In this document: piece after piece, positions 15,820-24,231 of the stretch
Position numbering within the stretch: position 1 is the stretch's first letter
How the letters are laid out: the number at the start of each line of letters is the position of its first letter
IMG/VR virus record: IMGVR_UViG_3300009155_000255
Location: 1-24,258 of that record
Strand: one strand, 5' to 3'
Length of the DNA stretch: 24,258 nt
Source: a virus
Taxonomy: Duplodnaviria; Caudoviricetes
The notes under the pieces: generated by a model
What the model was told of the DNA's origin: nothing
Seen by the model: the letters and a program-made list of their open reading frames with translations, nothing else
The model's database searches: none
Program-made: the position numbers and the translations under genes

Positions 15820-16376
15820 ATTAACTTACTTTGTGTATGCAATATCCCGTAATCGGTATCCGTCTGCCATAAATCACTATACCCCGCCCTTTGAGTAGTA
15901 ATGAAAGGCTTACAAATATAACACTTTAATTCAGGCTGTATTTTGCGCAAAAGATAATCATCATAAATCCCGTCTTTATATGGATCGTATCTATCGTAAA
16001 TATACTGTGCCGCCTTTTCGGTATAAATAACAGAATGTGTCGTGTGCGTTTGTTTACACCTCCACCAATGATCTTGAATATGTTTTAATGGGGCTAATAC
16101 GTGACCCGATAAATACAATATATCGTAATCATCTGGGGCTGTTTCTAATACGTATTTAAGCATATTATTTACAAACAATACATCATCTTCAAATACCAAT
16201 GTATTTTCTGTTATTGATTTTAAAATAGCCTTTTGCGATAAATTAAAAGATGTAAAACGATCTTCATGCTTAATCGCTAAAAATCTATCTACTTCTAAAT
16301 TCTGTTCTTTAAATTGCTTTTGTGCAAGTTCCCATCTATCGTTTCGGCTTGCAAGGCTTAGGCAAATGGCTTTCAT
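15816..16376 (-). CDS. Glycosyltransferase, GT25-like
   Basis: ICLSLASRNDRW, RFLAI, LVFEDDV, YDILYL and Q..GYSD motifs. Confidence 0.8.
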   Translation of the reverse strand: MKAICLSLASRNDRWELAQKQFKEQNLEVDRFLAIKHEDRFTSFNLSQKAILKSITENTLVFEDDVLFVNNMLKYVLETAPDDYDILYLSGHVLAPLKHIQDHWWRCKQTHTTHSVIYTEKAAQYIYDRYDPYKDGIYDDYLLRKIQPELKCYICKPFITTQRAGYSDLWQTDTDYGILHTQSKLI

Positions 16377-16388
16377 ATTTCAAATATA
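16377..16388 (-). promoter_or_regulatory. Putative -7 promoter element for the glycosyltransferase cassette
   Basis: TATATTTG-AAAT-ATG directly after the capsid terminator; no AGTTGACA box upstream. Confidence 0.5.
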
Positions 16389-16389
16389 C

Positions 16390-16417
16390 AAAAAAGCCCC
16401 CCAAAAATGGAGGGCCT
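16390..16417 (-). terminator. Intrinsic terminator after the major capsid gene
   Basis: Minus-strand hairpin GGCCCTCCA-TTTT-TGGGGGGCT running into a T6 tract. Confidence 0.8.
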
Positions 16418-16448
16418 CTAATTGCAACCTAACAAAACAAACAGGATA

Positions 16449-17585
16449 TTATGCTGTTCCGCTTGTACCGTAAACGGCGGCAGTTGGCTGGAAGCTAAGC
16501 AGTTCGATACGGGCTTCAGCACGATAAGTGATAAGATTCTTTTGGAAATCTGTATCATCAAATTCTGTGCTACGTACGCTAAGTGCAGACGCTTGAGCGA
16601 TTCCGAATGCTTCTGTATTGATAACATAGAAACGTGAAGGGGTTACCTGAGCATGAGGAACTACAGGGATACCAACGATACGTGTTTCACCGTTTGCACC
16701 GATAGTTACACCACCCGGCACGCTGTAATCAGCAGGCTTAGTTTTCATCAGATTAGCCCATGAAGCATGGGTAGTAAGAATAAGATTAGGCATACCCAAA
16801 CCTAATGCCATGTGCTGTGCAACGCCATCGATCATTTTCTCAGCATTAACAGTAGCAGAAGATGAAAGTGCAGTAGAACCAGAAGCGATAGTGTTCAGGA
16901 AACGTGTATTAACCGCTCTGTTCCAGTCTTCAACAAGTGACTGAGAAAGATAGGCCTGTAAGAAAGGTAGATCCTGTAGCATTTGACGGCTAACCTTAGC
17001 AAAACCAGCGATAAAAGGAACAGCAACGTTTACCATTGTTACATCGTAATCTACTTGTGCTTTACTTTGGCCTTCTGTTTGCGCCCCGAAAGATCCTTCA
17101 CCTACAGGGTTATTTCCACGAGGGAAAGTTACGCTTCCTGTAGCAGTAGGGATGATGCGGAAAACATCGTAAAGGTGAGGATTATAGAAAGAACGAAGTA
17201 AGTTAGAAGGAACATAACTAATTTGTGAACTTCCTGTAAGGTTGTTACCCAATGTCATGTCACCTACTACCTTAGTAGATTGAAAAGATGTTTCATTCTT
17301 AATTTTATCGAAATTCTCAGCTACGATATCATAAATAGCAGATTTGAATTTGTCGGAATTAGACCAGTCTTTTTTTGCAGAACTTTCAAGTCCAGACTTC
17401 AAACGGTTAGCGGATGCAGACATTTCTTTTACTTTTGCTGACAGTTCGCCGATTGATTCATTTTTCTTTTGCGCATCTTCATTGAGTTGAGCGATATCTG
17501 CGGCTAATTTAGCATCTACAGATTTAATTTCAGATTTGATGCCATCCACAAGGGGATTCAAGGCATCTAAAATTTCATTTGCCAT
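16449..17585 (-). CDS. Major capsid protein, HK97 fold
   Basis: N-terminal coiled-coil (delta) domain; EGQSKAQ, IAGFAKVSRQMLQD and FQKNLITYRAEARI motifs. Confidence 0.93.
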   Translation of the reverse strand: MANEILDALNPLVDGIKSEIKSVDAKLAADIAQLNEDAQKKNESIGELSAKVKEMSASANRLKSGLESSAKKDWSNSDKFKSAIYDIVAENFDKIKNETSFQSTKVVGDMTLGNNLTGSSQISYVPSNLLRSFYNPHLYDVFRIIPTATGSVTFPRGNNPVGEGSFGAQTEGQSKAQVDYDVTMVNVAVPFIAGFAKVSRQMLQDLPFLQAYLSQSLVEDWNRAVNTRFLNTIASGSTALSSSATVNAEKMIDGVAQHMALGLGMPNLILTTHASWANLMKTKPADYSVPGGVTIGANGETRIVGIPVVPHAQVTPSRFYVINTEAFGIAQASALSVRSTEFDDTDFQKNLITYRAEARIELLSFQPTAAVYGTSGTA

Positions 17586-17591
17586 TTTGTG

Positions 17592-18449
17592 TTATTTGTA
17601 AAATTTTAATGTTAATATATCTATTGCAGATTTTAGCTGTTTCAAGTCTTGTGCAGTTTCCTGCGGCTTGACCTCTTCGTGTGCAATTTCTTGCGGCACA
17701 AATAAAGCCGAAACTTCTTGCAATTCGTTTATAAGTAAAGATTCGTTTTCGCCTGTGTATTTACCCTCTTTTAGCTTTTTAATAACCCATGCCATATAAT
17801 CTACGGCTGTTTCTTTCTTTTGCTCTAAAAAGGATTTAACTACTTCAAATGTCGGCGTATTAGGATTAGCACCCCATAGAACTGCGCTACCTTCCCATAA
17901 AGCCACCTGAGTAATAACATTGTGATTAACGCCTTTTTGCTGATTGAGAACAGAGAACCCAACGCTATGTTGTGTAATATCGCCACGTTCATATAAAGGC
18001 CATGCAACCTCTTTCCATAGGAACATATCCCTATAACTGTTTTCACCTACGATATATTTCCCCTCTTTATATAGCTTTTGAAATTTACCTAATGAAGATT
18101 CAAGTTTGCGCTCATGGTTTACTAGATGCCATATCTCATTAGATCCATTAGGGCCACGCTCTGCTATTGTTTTATCAAATGCAGATTTTTCGAATACATC
18201 ACCGTCTCTATCTACGCTTTCCATTTCAGCAATGGCAACCTTTACGCTACGATTAGATGTGTCAACATCCAATGCTTTCAGATCGTATACTTTGTGCTGT
18301 ATCGTATTCATACTTTTCTTATTCTGCCAATAAGAAATGCAAACGGCATACCTTTGATCGTTTTCGCCATATTCTCCCACCATTTCATTATCCCCCATAC
18401 AACGCTCTAAAAACTGATCTCTATTTTCGCTTGCTCTCGGACTTGGCAT
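17592..18449 (-). CDS. HK97-type prohead protease with extra N-terminal 46-aa domain
   Basis: VDRDGDVFEKSAF, HLVNH, HSVGF and LWEGSAVLWGANP motifs. Confidence 0.9.
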   Translation of the reverse strand: MPSPRASENRDQFLERCMGDNEMVGEYGENDQRYAVCISYWQNKKSMNTIQHKVYDLKALDVDTSNRSVKVAIAEMESVDRDGDVFEKSAFDKTIAERGPNGSNEIWHLVNHERKLESSLGKFQKLYKEGKYIVGENSYRDMFLWKEVAWPLYERGDITQHSVGFSVLNQQKGVNHNVITQVALWEGSAVLWGANPNTPTFEVVKSFLEQKKETAVDYMAWVIKKLKEGKYTGENESLLINELQEVSALFVPQEIAHEEVKPQETAQDLKQLKSAIDILTLKFYK

Positions 18450-18500
18450 ATTAACAAAATTGAATTGATATATTGTATTTTTTATCTTAATCTGTCAACT
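18450..18500 (-). promoter_or_regulatory. Putative late promoter for protease and capsid
   Basis: AGTTGACA (18500-18493), 30 bp, CAATTTTG (18462-18455), 5 bp, ATG. Confidence 0.6.
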
Positions 18501-19318
18501 ATAGGATTTTTTCTCATTAACCTTCCGTTTGCATCCCTTTTATTTGTAATGGCAAAAGTACAACGGCATCGGATCACATCTACCGCTTGCGCTTGTGGAT
18601 CGTGTGGATGATCTAACTCACTACCCGATTTGCTATCTATAAACTTATCATTAAAATCTACCGTTTGCCCATCTAAATGCCAATGGTCGGCTTTATCTTT
18701 TTGCCCCTTAAAAGGGTTACCCCTTGTCCTATTATCCTTTGCGGCTATCCAAATCTTTTGCTTTTGAAACAATGACTTATCCGCCCCAACGTATGCGCCG
18801 GCATGTATAGCCCTGCCTACCTCAGTACGAGCGATCATTTCCGCCCTATTCCTATTTAACTCAGGTACGGCCTCTGAAATGTATTTTGCATAATCCATAT
18901 AACCCCACCCTTCCCGATTGCCACGCTCTAATATGTCAAGCATCATTTTTCTACTTGTCTTTACTATCTGCAAAACCCCCTGATTGTAAAAGTTAGTGCC
19001 TAAATAGTCAAGTATCATTTGCACCCATTCCTCAGATGTGTTAAACTGCTTTTCTTTGCGTAAAGTATCGTAATTCTGCCTTGCATACCTTACCCCTATT
19101 TCACGTATTAGCTGATCTAATGTACGGCTTATCCTATCGCTAAAAAGTAAACTATTAGTAAACTTTCTGGCAGATTGTTCGCCGTCCCTTAACGCATCTT
19201 TAAAATCTGACATATCAGACTGTAAGGCATTGTAAAACCTCTTTTGATACTTTGTGATGTATTTAACGGCTTTATTCCTTTCCCTGTTCCAATATATTCG
19301 CCTCTGTCTTGCCGTCAT
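18482..19318 (-). CDS. Head morphogenesis protein (Mu gpF/SPP1 gp7-like)
   Basis: RAEMIARTE, KIWIAAKDNRTR, HWHLDGQ and IRCRC motifs. Confidence 0.88.
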   Translation of the reverse strand: MTARQRRIYWNRERNKAVKYITKYQKRFYNALQSDMSDFKDALRDGEQSARKFTNSLLFSDRISRTLDQLIREIGVRYARQNYDTLRKEKQFNTSEEWVQMILDYLGTNFYNQGVLQIVKTSRKMMLDILERGNREGWGYMDYAKYISEAVPELNRNRAEMIARTEVGRAIHAGAYVGADKSLFQKQKIWIAAKDNRTRGNPFKGQKDKADHWHLDGQTVDFNDKFIDSKSGSELDHPHDPQAQAVDVIRCRCTFAITNKRDANGRLMRKNPIVDRLR

Positions 19319-19475
19319 ATTCTGTAATAAAGTTAATTAATTGCTTACTAAATTGGCCTCTTTTAATTACCATCTTGCCATATTCGTTAATGCAGTTTTT
19401 CTCTTTTTCTGTTTCAGGATACTTACGTTTGGCGATACTGTCACAATACTTTTTAATTTCTGTTATTTCTGACAT
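19272..19475 (-). CDS. Hypothetical protein, 67 aa
   Basis: Fills the space between portal and the gpF-like gene on the coding strand. Confidence 0.55.
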   Translation of the reverse strand: MSEITEIKKYCDSIAKRKYPETEKEKNCINEYGKMVIKRGQFSKQLINFITEYDGKTEANILEQGKE

Positions 19476-19602
19476 TGTACTCTATAAACTTGTAAAACTC
19501 TATTGCCGGCACGTTAATAAAAGCCTTAAATATATCTGCATTCACAAACTGCCACCCGTAATCCTTAGCCCAAATAATCGTTATATTTCTCGCTTTGTTC
19601 AT
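19453..19602 (-). CDS. Possible small hypothetical protein (MNKARNITIIWAKDYGWQ..., 49 aa)
   Basis: Overlaps the portal stop and the next start, filling an otherwise empty 90-bp gap; start uncertain. Confidence 0.35.
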   Translation of the reverse strand: MNKARNITIIWAKDYGWQFVNADIFKAFINVPAIEFYKFIEYNVRNNRN

Positions 19603-20920
19603 CTGCCACCGATTCATTAGGTACGTCAACATCCTCAATTAAACTGTATTGCCCAGTAATTAAATACTTACTATGCATATCCTCATTTGTAGGCTCAAAA
19701 CCTAACAATTGCCTGTATTCATTGCCTGTAATTGCGCCTCTGTCAAACATGCCGTTATAGACTGTTGACATCTTACTGTAATCATCCTGTAATTCAGGTA
19801 TGGCAGAAAAATCGTAATCTAAATATTCCTTTCCCTTAAAAAACGGTACTAATTGCCTGTTAAGTTCATCCCTTAGACTATTGCACAAAGGCATAATTAG
19901 GTCGGTAACAAATTTCTTTTGCGCCCATTCCTTATTACTAAAAGATTGACCAGATACTAAAATATCGGGATCTACACCGAAAGCCATTGCAATGCGCTCC
20001 ATTGTCTTATCCTGACTATCTAAAAGTTGCATATCTACAGAATCCTTACCAATATCTAAATAGCCCCATTTGCCCTGCAAAGTAGCTACAGCCGATTTCA
20101 TTGCCGTATTATTGATCTTATTATCAATAACAGATTTTAGCTGACCCGATTGCTCAGGGGTTAAATTATCCAATGTTTCGTTAAACATAACGCCCTTTGC
20201 CCCGCCATTTTGAAACATAGCTACCGCCGCCTCCATTGCATCATTATCCTGTTGTAATCTACGTTTAAGGGGAAGCAATGGGTTAAATCCACGTAAATGC
20301 TCACGATCTACCGCATCAAAGTTTGGATTAAATGTTTTCCAATGGATAATCTCTGACTTGCTAATCGGTATAAACTTACCGCCTATATTTAGCAGATATC
20401 CCGTAACGCCGTATAAATCCTGAGGATCTGGCACTAACTCAACCTTTGATGGCGGCAATACATACATTTCCAACACTTCGCCGTTTTCTATCCCGCCACG
20501 ATTAAGCCATATAAAAACCTCACCATAAAGTGTATAAAAAGAAAATATAGCCTCAAAAAAACTATCCGATCCCTGCGATGGGTTAGGGTTATTTATAAGC
20601 ATTGATAAAGGCGTATTAACCGCCATTTCATCCAATGCCTTAATCTTATTAATCTGATACTTAGATATGTTATTTAGTGGTGAATTTTTGTATCTTTTTA
20701 ATGCTGTTTCGTTTTTTGGCAGATAGGTATAAATAGGCACATTCGACGCTTTCTTTGCTATTTTCTTAACTACCGTATAGATAGTATCGTTATTGCTGTA
20801 TGCGTTTGAATCTTTATCCCATTTAAAAAAATTAGCTTGATGGCCAATGTAAACGCTGGGAAAAGTCATTGCCTTAGTTTTGATCTTTTCCATGCCTAAA
20901 AGTTTCGTAATCCAACTCAT
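19565..20920 (-). CDS. Portal protein, HK97 family
   Basis: Start at 20920 (TAATG overlap with terL); NPNP.Q, LYGEVFI, EIIHWK, FQNGG, IAMAFGVDP and ITGNEYR motifs. Confidence 0.93.
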   Translation of the reverse strand: MSWITKLLGMEKIKTKAMTFPSVYIGHQANFFKWDKDSNAYSNNDTIYTVVKKIAKKASNVPIYTYLPKNETALKRYKNSPLNNISKYQINKIKALDEMAVNTPLSMLINNPNPSQGSDSFFEAIFSFYTLYGEVFIWLNRGGIENGEVLEMYVLPPSKVELVPDPQDLYGVTGYLLNIGGKFIPISKSEIIHWKTFNPNFDAVDREHLRGFNPLLPLKRRLQQDNDAMEAAVAMFQNGGAKGVMFNETLDNLTPEQSGQLKSVIDNKINNTAMKSAVATLQGKWGYLDIGKDSVDMQLLDSQDKTMERIAMAFGVDPDILVSGQSFSNKEWAQKKFVTDLIMPLCNSLRDELNRQLVPFFKGKEYLDYDFSAIPELQDDYSKMSTVYNGMFDRGAITGNEYRQLLGFEPTNEDMHSKYLITGQYSLIEDVDVPNESVADEQSEKYNDYLG

Positions 20921-22089
20921 TAGAAAGCTACCCAACTGGGCGATTTAGTGGTTAATTTTGTAAAGATAGCGTAACGCATGGCATCTAATAAGTGATCGTT
21001 TTCTTTGACCGGTGACTCATCCGCCGCTATTTCCCCGTTTTTATCTGTTTTCCATTTGTACGATTGCAATTCAGATTTCAGATTATTGCTATTTTGTACA
21101 ATATGCAAAGGATATGATTTAACTTTCATGATGCCCGCCCATACATCTTTATTCGCTGGCTTACAATTAAAACCCGCCCTTGTAAGTTCCTCTATTGTTT
21201 TAGGCTCTGCGGCATCACAAAAGATTTCCTCACTTCTTGACAAATTTAATTCCTTTAATTTGCTTATGATGTCCGAAATTGTCAACTTAGGGCTGTAAAG
21301 CAATTCCTTTACATAATTAGCCGATTCGTAATGCTCTACCTTTACTAATGCTGTGGGTACTGTATAACCAAAATCTAAGCCGTAAAATGTCTGCCCCTTG
21401 TTTGGAAATTCATCCGCTATTTTCCATGCAGTATATATCAGTTCCTTAGATGCACCCCTTTGCCCTAACCCGTACACTTTCCACATAAAATCATCTGGCA
21501 AATCTTTGTAGCTTTCTATGTAATCTATTTGCTGTTGGGATAGGTTATAGATATTGTCTAAATAGGTAGAATGGATCTTTTTATTTTTGGTATTGTCTGC
21601 AATGTCGTAAACCCACGATCTAAATTCGGCAGGGTTCCAGTCCATAAAAATAGTGCATGTAGTACGCATGGCTAATTGGTCAAATAGTATTTTATTGATT
21701 AGGTTAGCTTCATTGATAAAAAGGATGTCACGACTCGGCCCTCTTGCTTTGCCTTCGTCCTCAAGTCCGAAAAGTTCGATATAGCTACCGTTTGGGAATG
21801 TATAATAAAAATCTGTGGCTCTCCACCTATCTTCTCGCCATTTGCCACATTTTTGTAATATTTGTTTAAAATCCCTAAAAGCACCTCTTTTAATATGAGG
21901 CAATGAATGGCTAACTATGGAGATACGTATATTTGGTTTTGAATCTGCAATACCTATTAAAAGCTGAATAATACTGTAAGATTTAGAACTTCTACTTCCG
22001 CCCTCATTACATATTATAGACCAGCCTTCATTATATGCTTCAAAATTGCGCTCAAATATTTCTGTTACTATTATCGGGATTGCTTCCAT
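20920..22089 (-). CDS. terL: Terminase large subunit (PBSX/SPP1-like)
   Basis: Walker A EGGSRSSKS, Walker B ILFINEA, DWNP, STYLDN; nuclease motifs GLDFGY, DAAEP and DHLLDAMRY. Start at 22089 preferred for smaller overlap; 22128 is the alternative. Confidence 0.95.
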   Translation of the reverse strand: MEAIPIIVTEIFERNFEAYNEGWSIICNEGGSRSSKSYSIIQLLIGIADSKPNIRISIVSHSLPHIKRGAFRDFKQILQKCGKWREDRWRATDFYYTFPNGSYIELFGLEDEGKARGPSRDILFINEANLINKILFDQLAMRTTCTIFMDWNPAEFRSWVYDIADNTKNKKIHSTYLDNIYNLSQQQIDYIESYKDLPDDFMWKVYGLGQRGASKELIYTAWKIADEFPNKGQTFYGLDFGYTVPTALVKVEHYESANYVKELLYSPKLTISDIISKLKELNLSRSEEIFCDAAEPKTIEELTRAGFNCKPANKDVWAGIMKVKSYPLHIVQNSNNLKSELQSYKWKTDKNGEIAADESPVKENDHLLDAMRYAIFTKLTTKSPSWVAF

Positions 22090-22411
22090 GTTTAAGAAAT
22101 AATAAAGGTTTTTCTTCGTTACCTTCATGTATTAATGGCTGAGTTAATTTGCCGTATGCAGAATCCATAAGTTCTTTAAACGCATTTACATCTCCCTCTC
22201 TGGCCTTTTTTATTAATGCCAGCGTCATAATATCTTGTTGTTGCAAAACCTCTTCTTTGCCTGTAATAGGATTTCTAAATGATTGTTCTACTTCTAACCA
22301 TTCTTTTGCAATAGTTGCTCTATTACGTACTCCCTTCGGTCTACCTTCTTTATTTATACGTTCTGGGTTAGTATGAAAGCCTTGATTTAATATGTTTTCA
22401 GGATTTGGCAT
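22052..22411 (-). CDS. terS: Terminase small subunit (putative)
   Basis: Directly upstream of terL; N..GRPKG and KAREGDVNAFKELMDSAYGK motifs. Confidence 0.75.
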   Translation of the reverse strand: MPNPENILNQGFHTNPERINKEGRPKGVRNRATIAKEWLEVEQSFRNPITGKEEVLQQQDIMTLALIKKAREGDVNAFKELMDSAYGKLTQPLIHEGNEEKPLLFLKHGSNPDNSNRNI

Positions 22412-22417
22412 TCGTTG

Positions 22418-23605
22418 TTAGTTCGTTGTTTTATAAGGCTTTCCGTTTCTTTTGATTTGCAGCGTTGGATCAAGTTTAAGCATCCTGTCTATAATGACCT
22501 GACAGTATTTAGGATCGAGTTCCATACCGTAACACTTGCGTTTCAGTTGGTGAGAAGCGACCATTGTTGATCCGCTGCCTGTAAATAAATCCACAACTAT
22601 TTGATTTATCTTACTGCTATTTTTAATTGCTCTTTCTGGTAACTCTACTGGTTTTTGTGTAGGATGGTAATCATTTTTATTTTCCTTTTTAAGCTCCCAT
22701 ACAGTCTTTTCATCAGTTGGCCCAAACCATTGCGGCGCATGACCATCTTTAAAAGCATATATACAAGGTTCGTAGTTTGGAATGTATTGGCTCATAAATG
22801 CCCCTAATCCACTTTTAATCTTGTACCAACATATAACTGCCCTAACCTTTAATGATAACTGATCAAATGATTTAAATGTTTCAACAGCCTTTCCATTTGC
22901 ATACCAGATATAAAATGCTGCGTGTTCCCATGAAAATAATTCGGCATTTACTAAAGAATCGTAGAAAAGGTCTGTAAGATTATCGCCTTCCAATGTATCA
23001 TTCTCAATACCTTTCCGCTTCTTTTTATTATGACCTCCTTCATAACTTACACCATAAGGAGGATCAGTAAATACCATATCCGCCTTTTGTCCGTTCATTA
23101 ACTTTGCGACCTGATCGCTATCCGTACTATCCCCACAAAGCAAACGATGCTCACCTATCTCGAACAAGTCACCGAGCACTATATCTGTTTCAATTCCACC
23201 TTCAGGAGCTTCATAATCATCTTCTTCTGCTTCAAGTACTTCCGCTTTAAAGTCAGGTACATCCAACCCCCATTCATTAAGCTTTTCAGCATCCCATTCG
23301 TTGGCAAGCATATCCCAATCCCACTCACCGTAACCTACGTTATCTTTAATCGTGAAAGCTCTTTGCTTCTCCTCTGACCAATCGACTATCTCGCATGGTA
23401 TCTCTTTCCAGCCTAACTCCTTTGCAGCCTTTAGTCGCATATTGCCACCGAGAACGATCATGTCTTTATTTACTACAACAGGTCGCACATTACAGAAGTC
23501 AGGGTCTTCCTCAAGTGACTTAACAAGCTTGTAAAATTTGTCATCCTTAATCAATCTTGGGTTATTAGGATTGCTTTTGATTTGGTTTATTTTTATTAAA
23601 GCCAT
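22418..23605 (-). CDS. ParB-like domain fused to an N6-adenine/N4-cytosine DNA methyltransferase
   Basis: N-terminal NPNNPR...GGNMRLKAA...DN; MTase motifs HRLLCGDS, TDPPY, HPTQKP, DLFTGSGST and GMELDPKY (catalytic motif before the SAM-binding motif). Confidence 0.9.
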   Translation of the reverse strand: MALIKINQIKSNPNNPRLIKDDKFYKLVKSLEEDPDFCNVRPVVVNKDMIVLGGNMRLKAAKELGWKEIPCEIVDWSEEKQRAFTIKDNVGYGEWDWDMLANEWDAEKLNEWGLDVPDFKAEVLEAEEDDYEAPEGGIETDIVLGDLFEIGEHRLLCGDSTDSDQVAKLMNGQKADMVFTDPPYGVSYEGGHNKKKRKGIENDTLEGDNLTDLFYDSLVNAELFSWEHAAFYIWYANGKAVETFKSFDQLSLKVRAVICWYKIKSGLGAFMSQYIPNYEPCIYAFKDGHAPQWFGPTDEKTVWELKKENKNDYHPTQKPVELPERAIKNSSKINQIVVDLFTGSGSTMVASHQLKRKCYGMELDPKYCQVIIDRMLKLDPTLQIKRNGKPYKTTN

Positions 23606-23621
23606 AATAATTTATTCGTCT

Positions 23622-23933
23622 TTAATGATTATAAAGTATTCCTAAACAATCAGTTAACTCATTTATTTTATCTATTTGCTCAGGATTATTATCGTAATGA
23701 ACCGTTATATTTAATCTTTTAATGGTTTTCCATTTATCTTGGCCGTTTGTAAAATGTACCTTATCTCTATTAATGCCTAAATCTTTTGCAGTAGAATATA
23801 CCGATTCGCTGTTTTCCTGTTGCCTTGCCGTTATAATATAGACTTGGTCGCCTTCGCTAATCTTTTCTTTTGCTAATTTTTTACCCTTAGCAGTAGAAAG
23901 CACCCCGTCGTAATCAAAACTTATTTTGGCCAT
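23622..23933 (-). CDS. Small capless HAD-superfamily phosphatase-like protein
   Basis: ISFDYDGVL (DxD), YIITAR, conserved Lys, HYDNN. Confidence 0.75.
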   Translation of the reverse strand: MAKISFDYDGVLSTAKGKKLAKEKISEGDQVYIITARQQENSESVYSTAKDLGINRDKVHFTNGQDKWKTIKRLNITVHYDNNPEQIDKINELTDCLGILYNH

Positions 23934-23934
23934 A

Positions 23935-24231
23935 TTATTTTAGCATTTGTTTTACAGCGTAAATATCCGCTAATAGTTCTGGATTCTTTCTACGAAGGTA
24001 CATCCTTCTAATTACTTGGTAAATGGTCTTTTTATATTTATAGCATATTAGCGTATCCCTTATAATTGATCTTGGGGCGTTATATTCGTTAAAGGCATAC
24101 CAGATATAAATGTATCTGGCTTTATCGAAATTCTTTGTTTTCAGGTCGGATTCTCTAAATTTAGGGGCGTCGTATTCTATCTCTAATATAGAGGCTATTT
24201 TATCAAGGGATGATAATATAGGGTTTCCCAT
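23935..24231 (-). CDS. Putative DNA-binding protein resembling the DnaA C-terminal (domain IV) HTH
   Basis: KARYIYIWYA...RSIIRDTL...YKKTIYQVIRRM parallels the DnaA pattern RQIAMYL...SLPEIG...DHTTVLHA.RKI; judged by eye only. Confidence 0.45.
   Translation of the reverse strand: MGNPILSSLDKIASILEIEYDAPKFRESDLKTKNFDKARYIYIWYAFNEYNAPRSIIRDTLICYKYKKTIYQVIRRMYLRRKNPELLADIYAVKQMLK

Noticed and set aside
16422-16428. GTTGCAA upstream of the GT cassette as a late-box variant
   Set aside because: Both sequence and spacing (33 bp) deviate from the three good copies.
16418-21884. Alternative-frame minus-strand ORFs 16418..16627, 17840..18046 and 21699..21884
   Set aside because: They are nested almost wholly within the capsid, protease and terL genes, with no motifs or initiation signals.
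910-23534. All plus-strand ORFs in the track (e.g. 910..1104, 4054..4311, 18126..18410, 19309..19620, 21005..21298)
   Set aside because: They are short, lie antisense to well-supported minus-strand genes and have no recognisable motifs; shadow ORFs.
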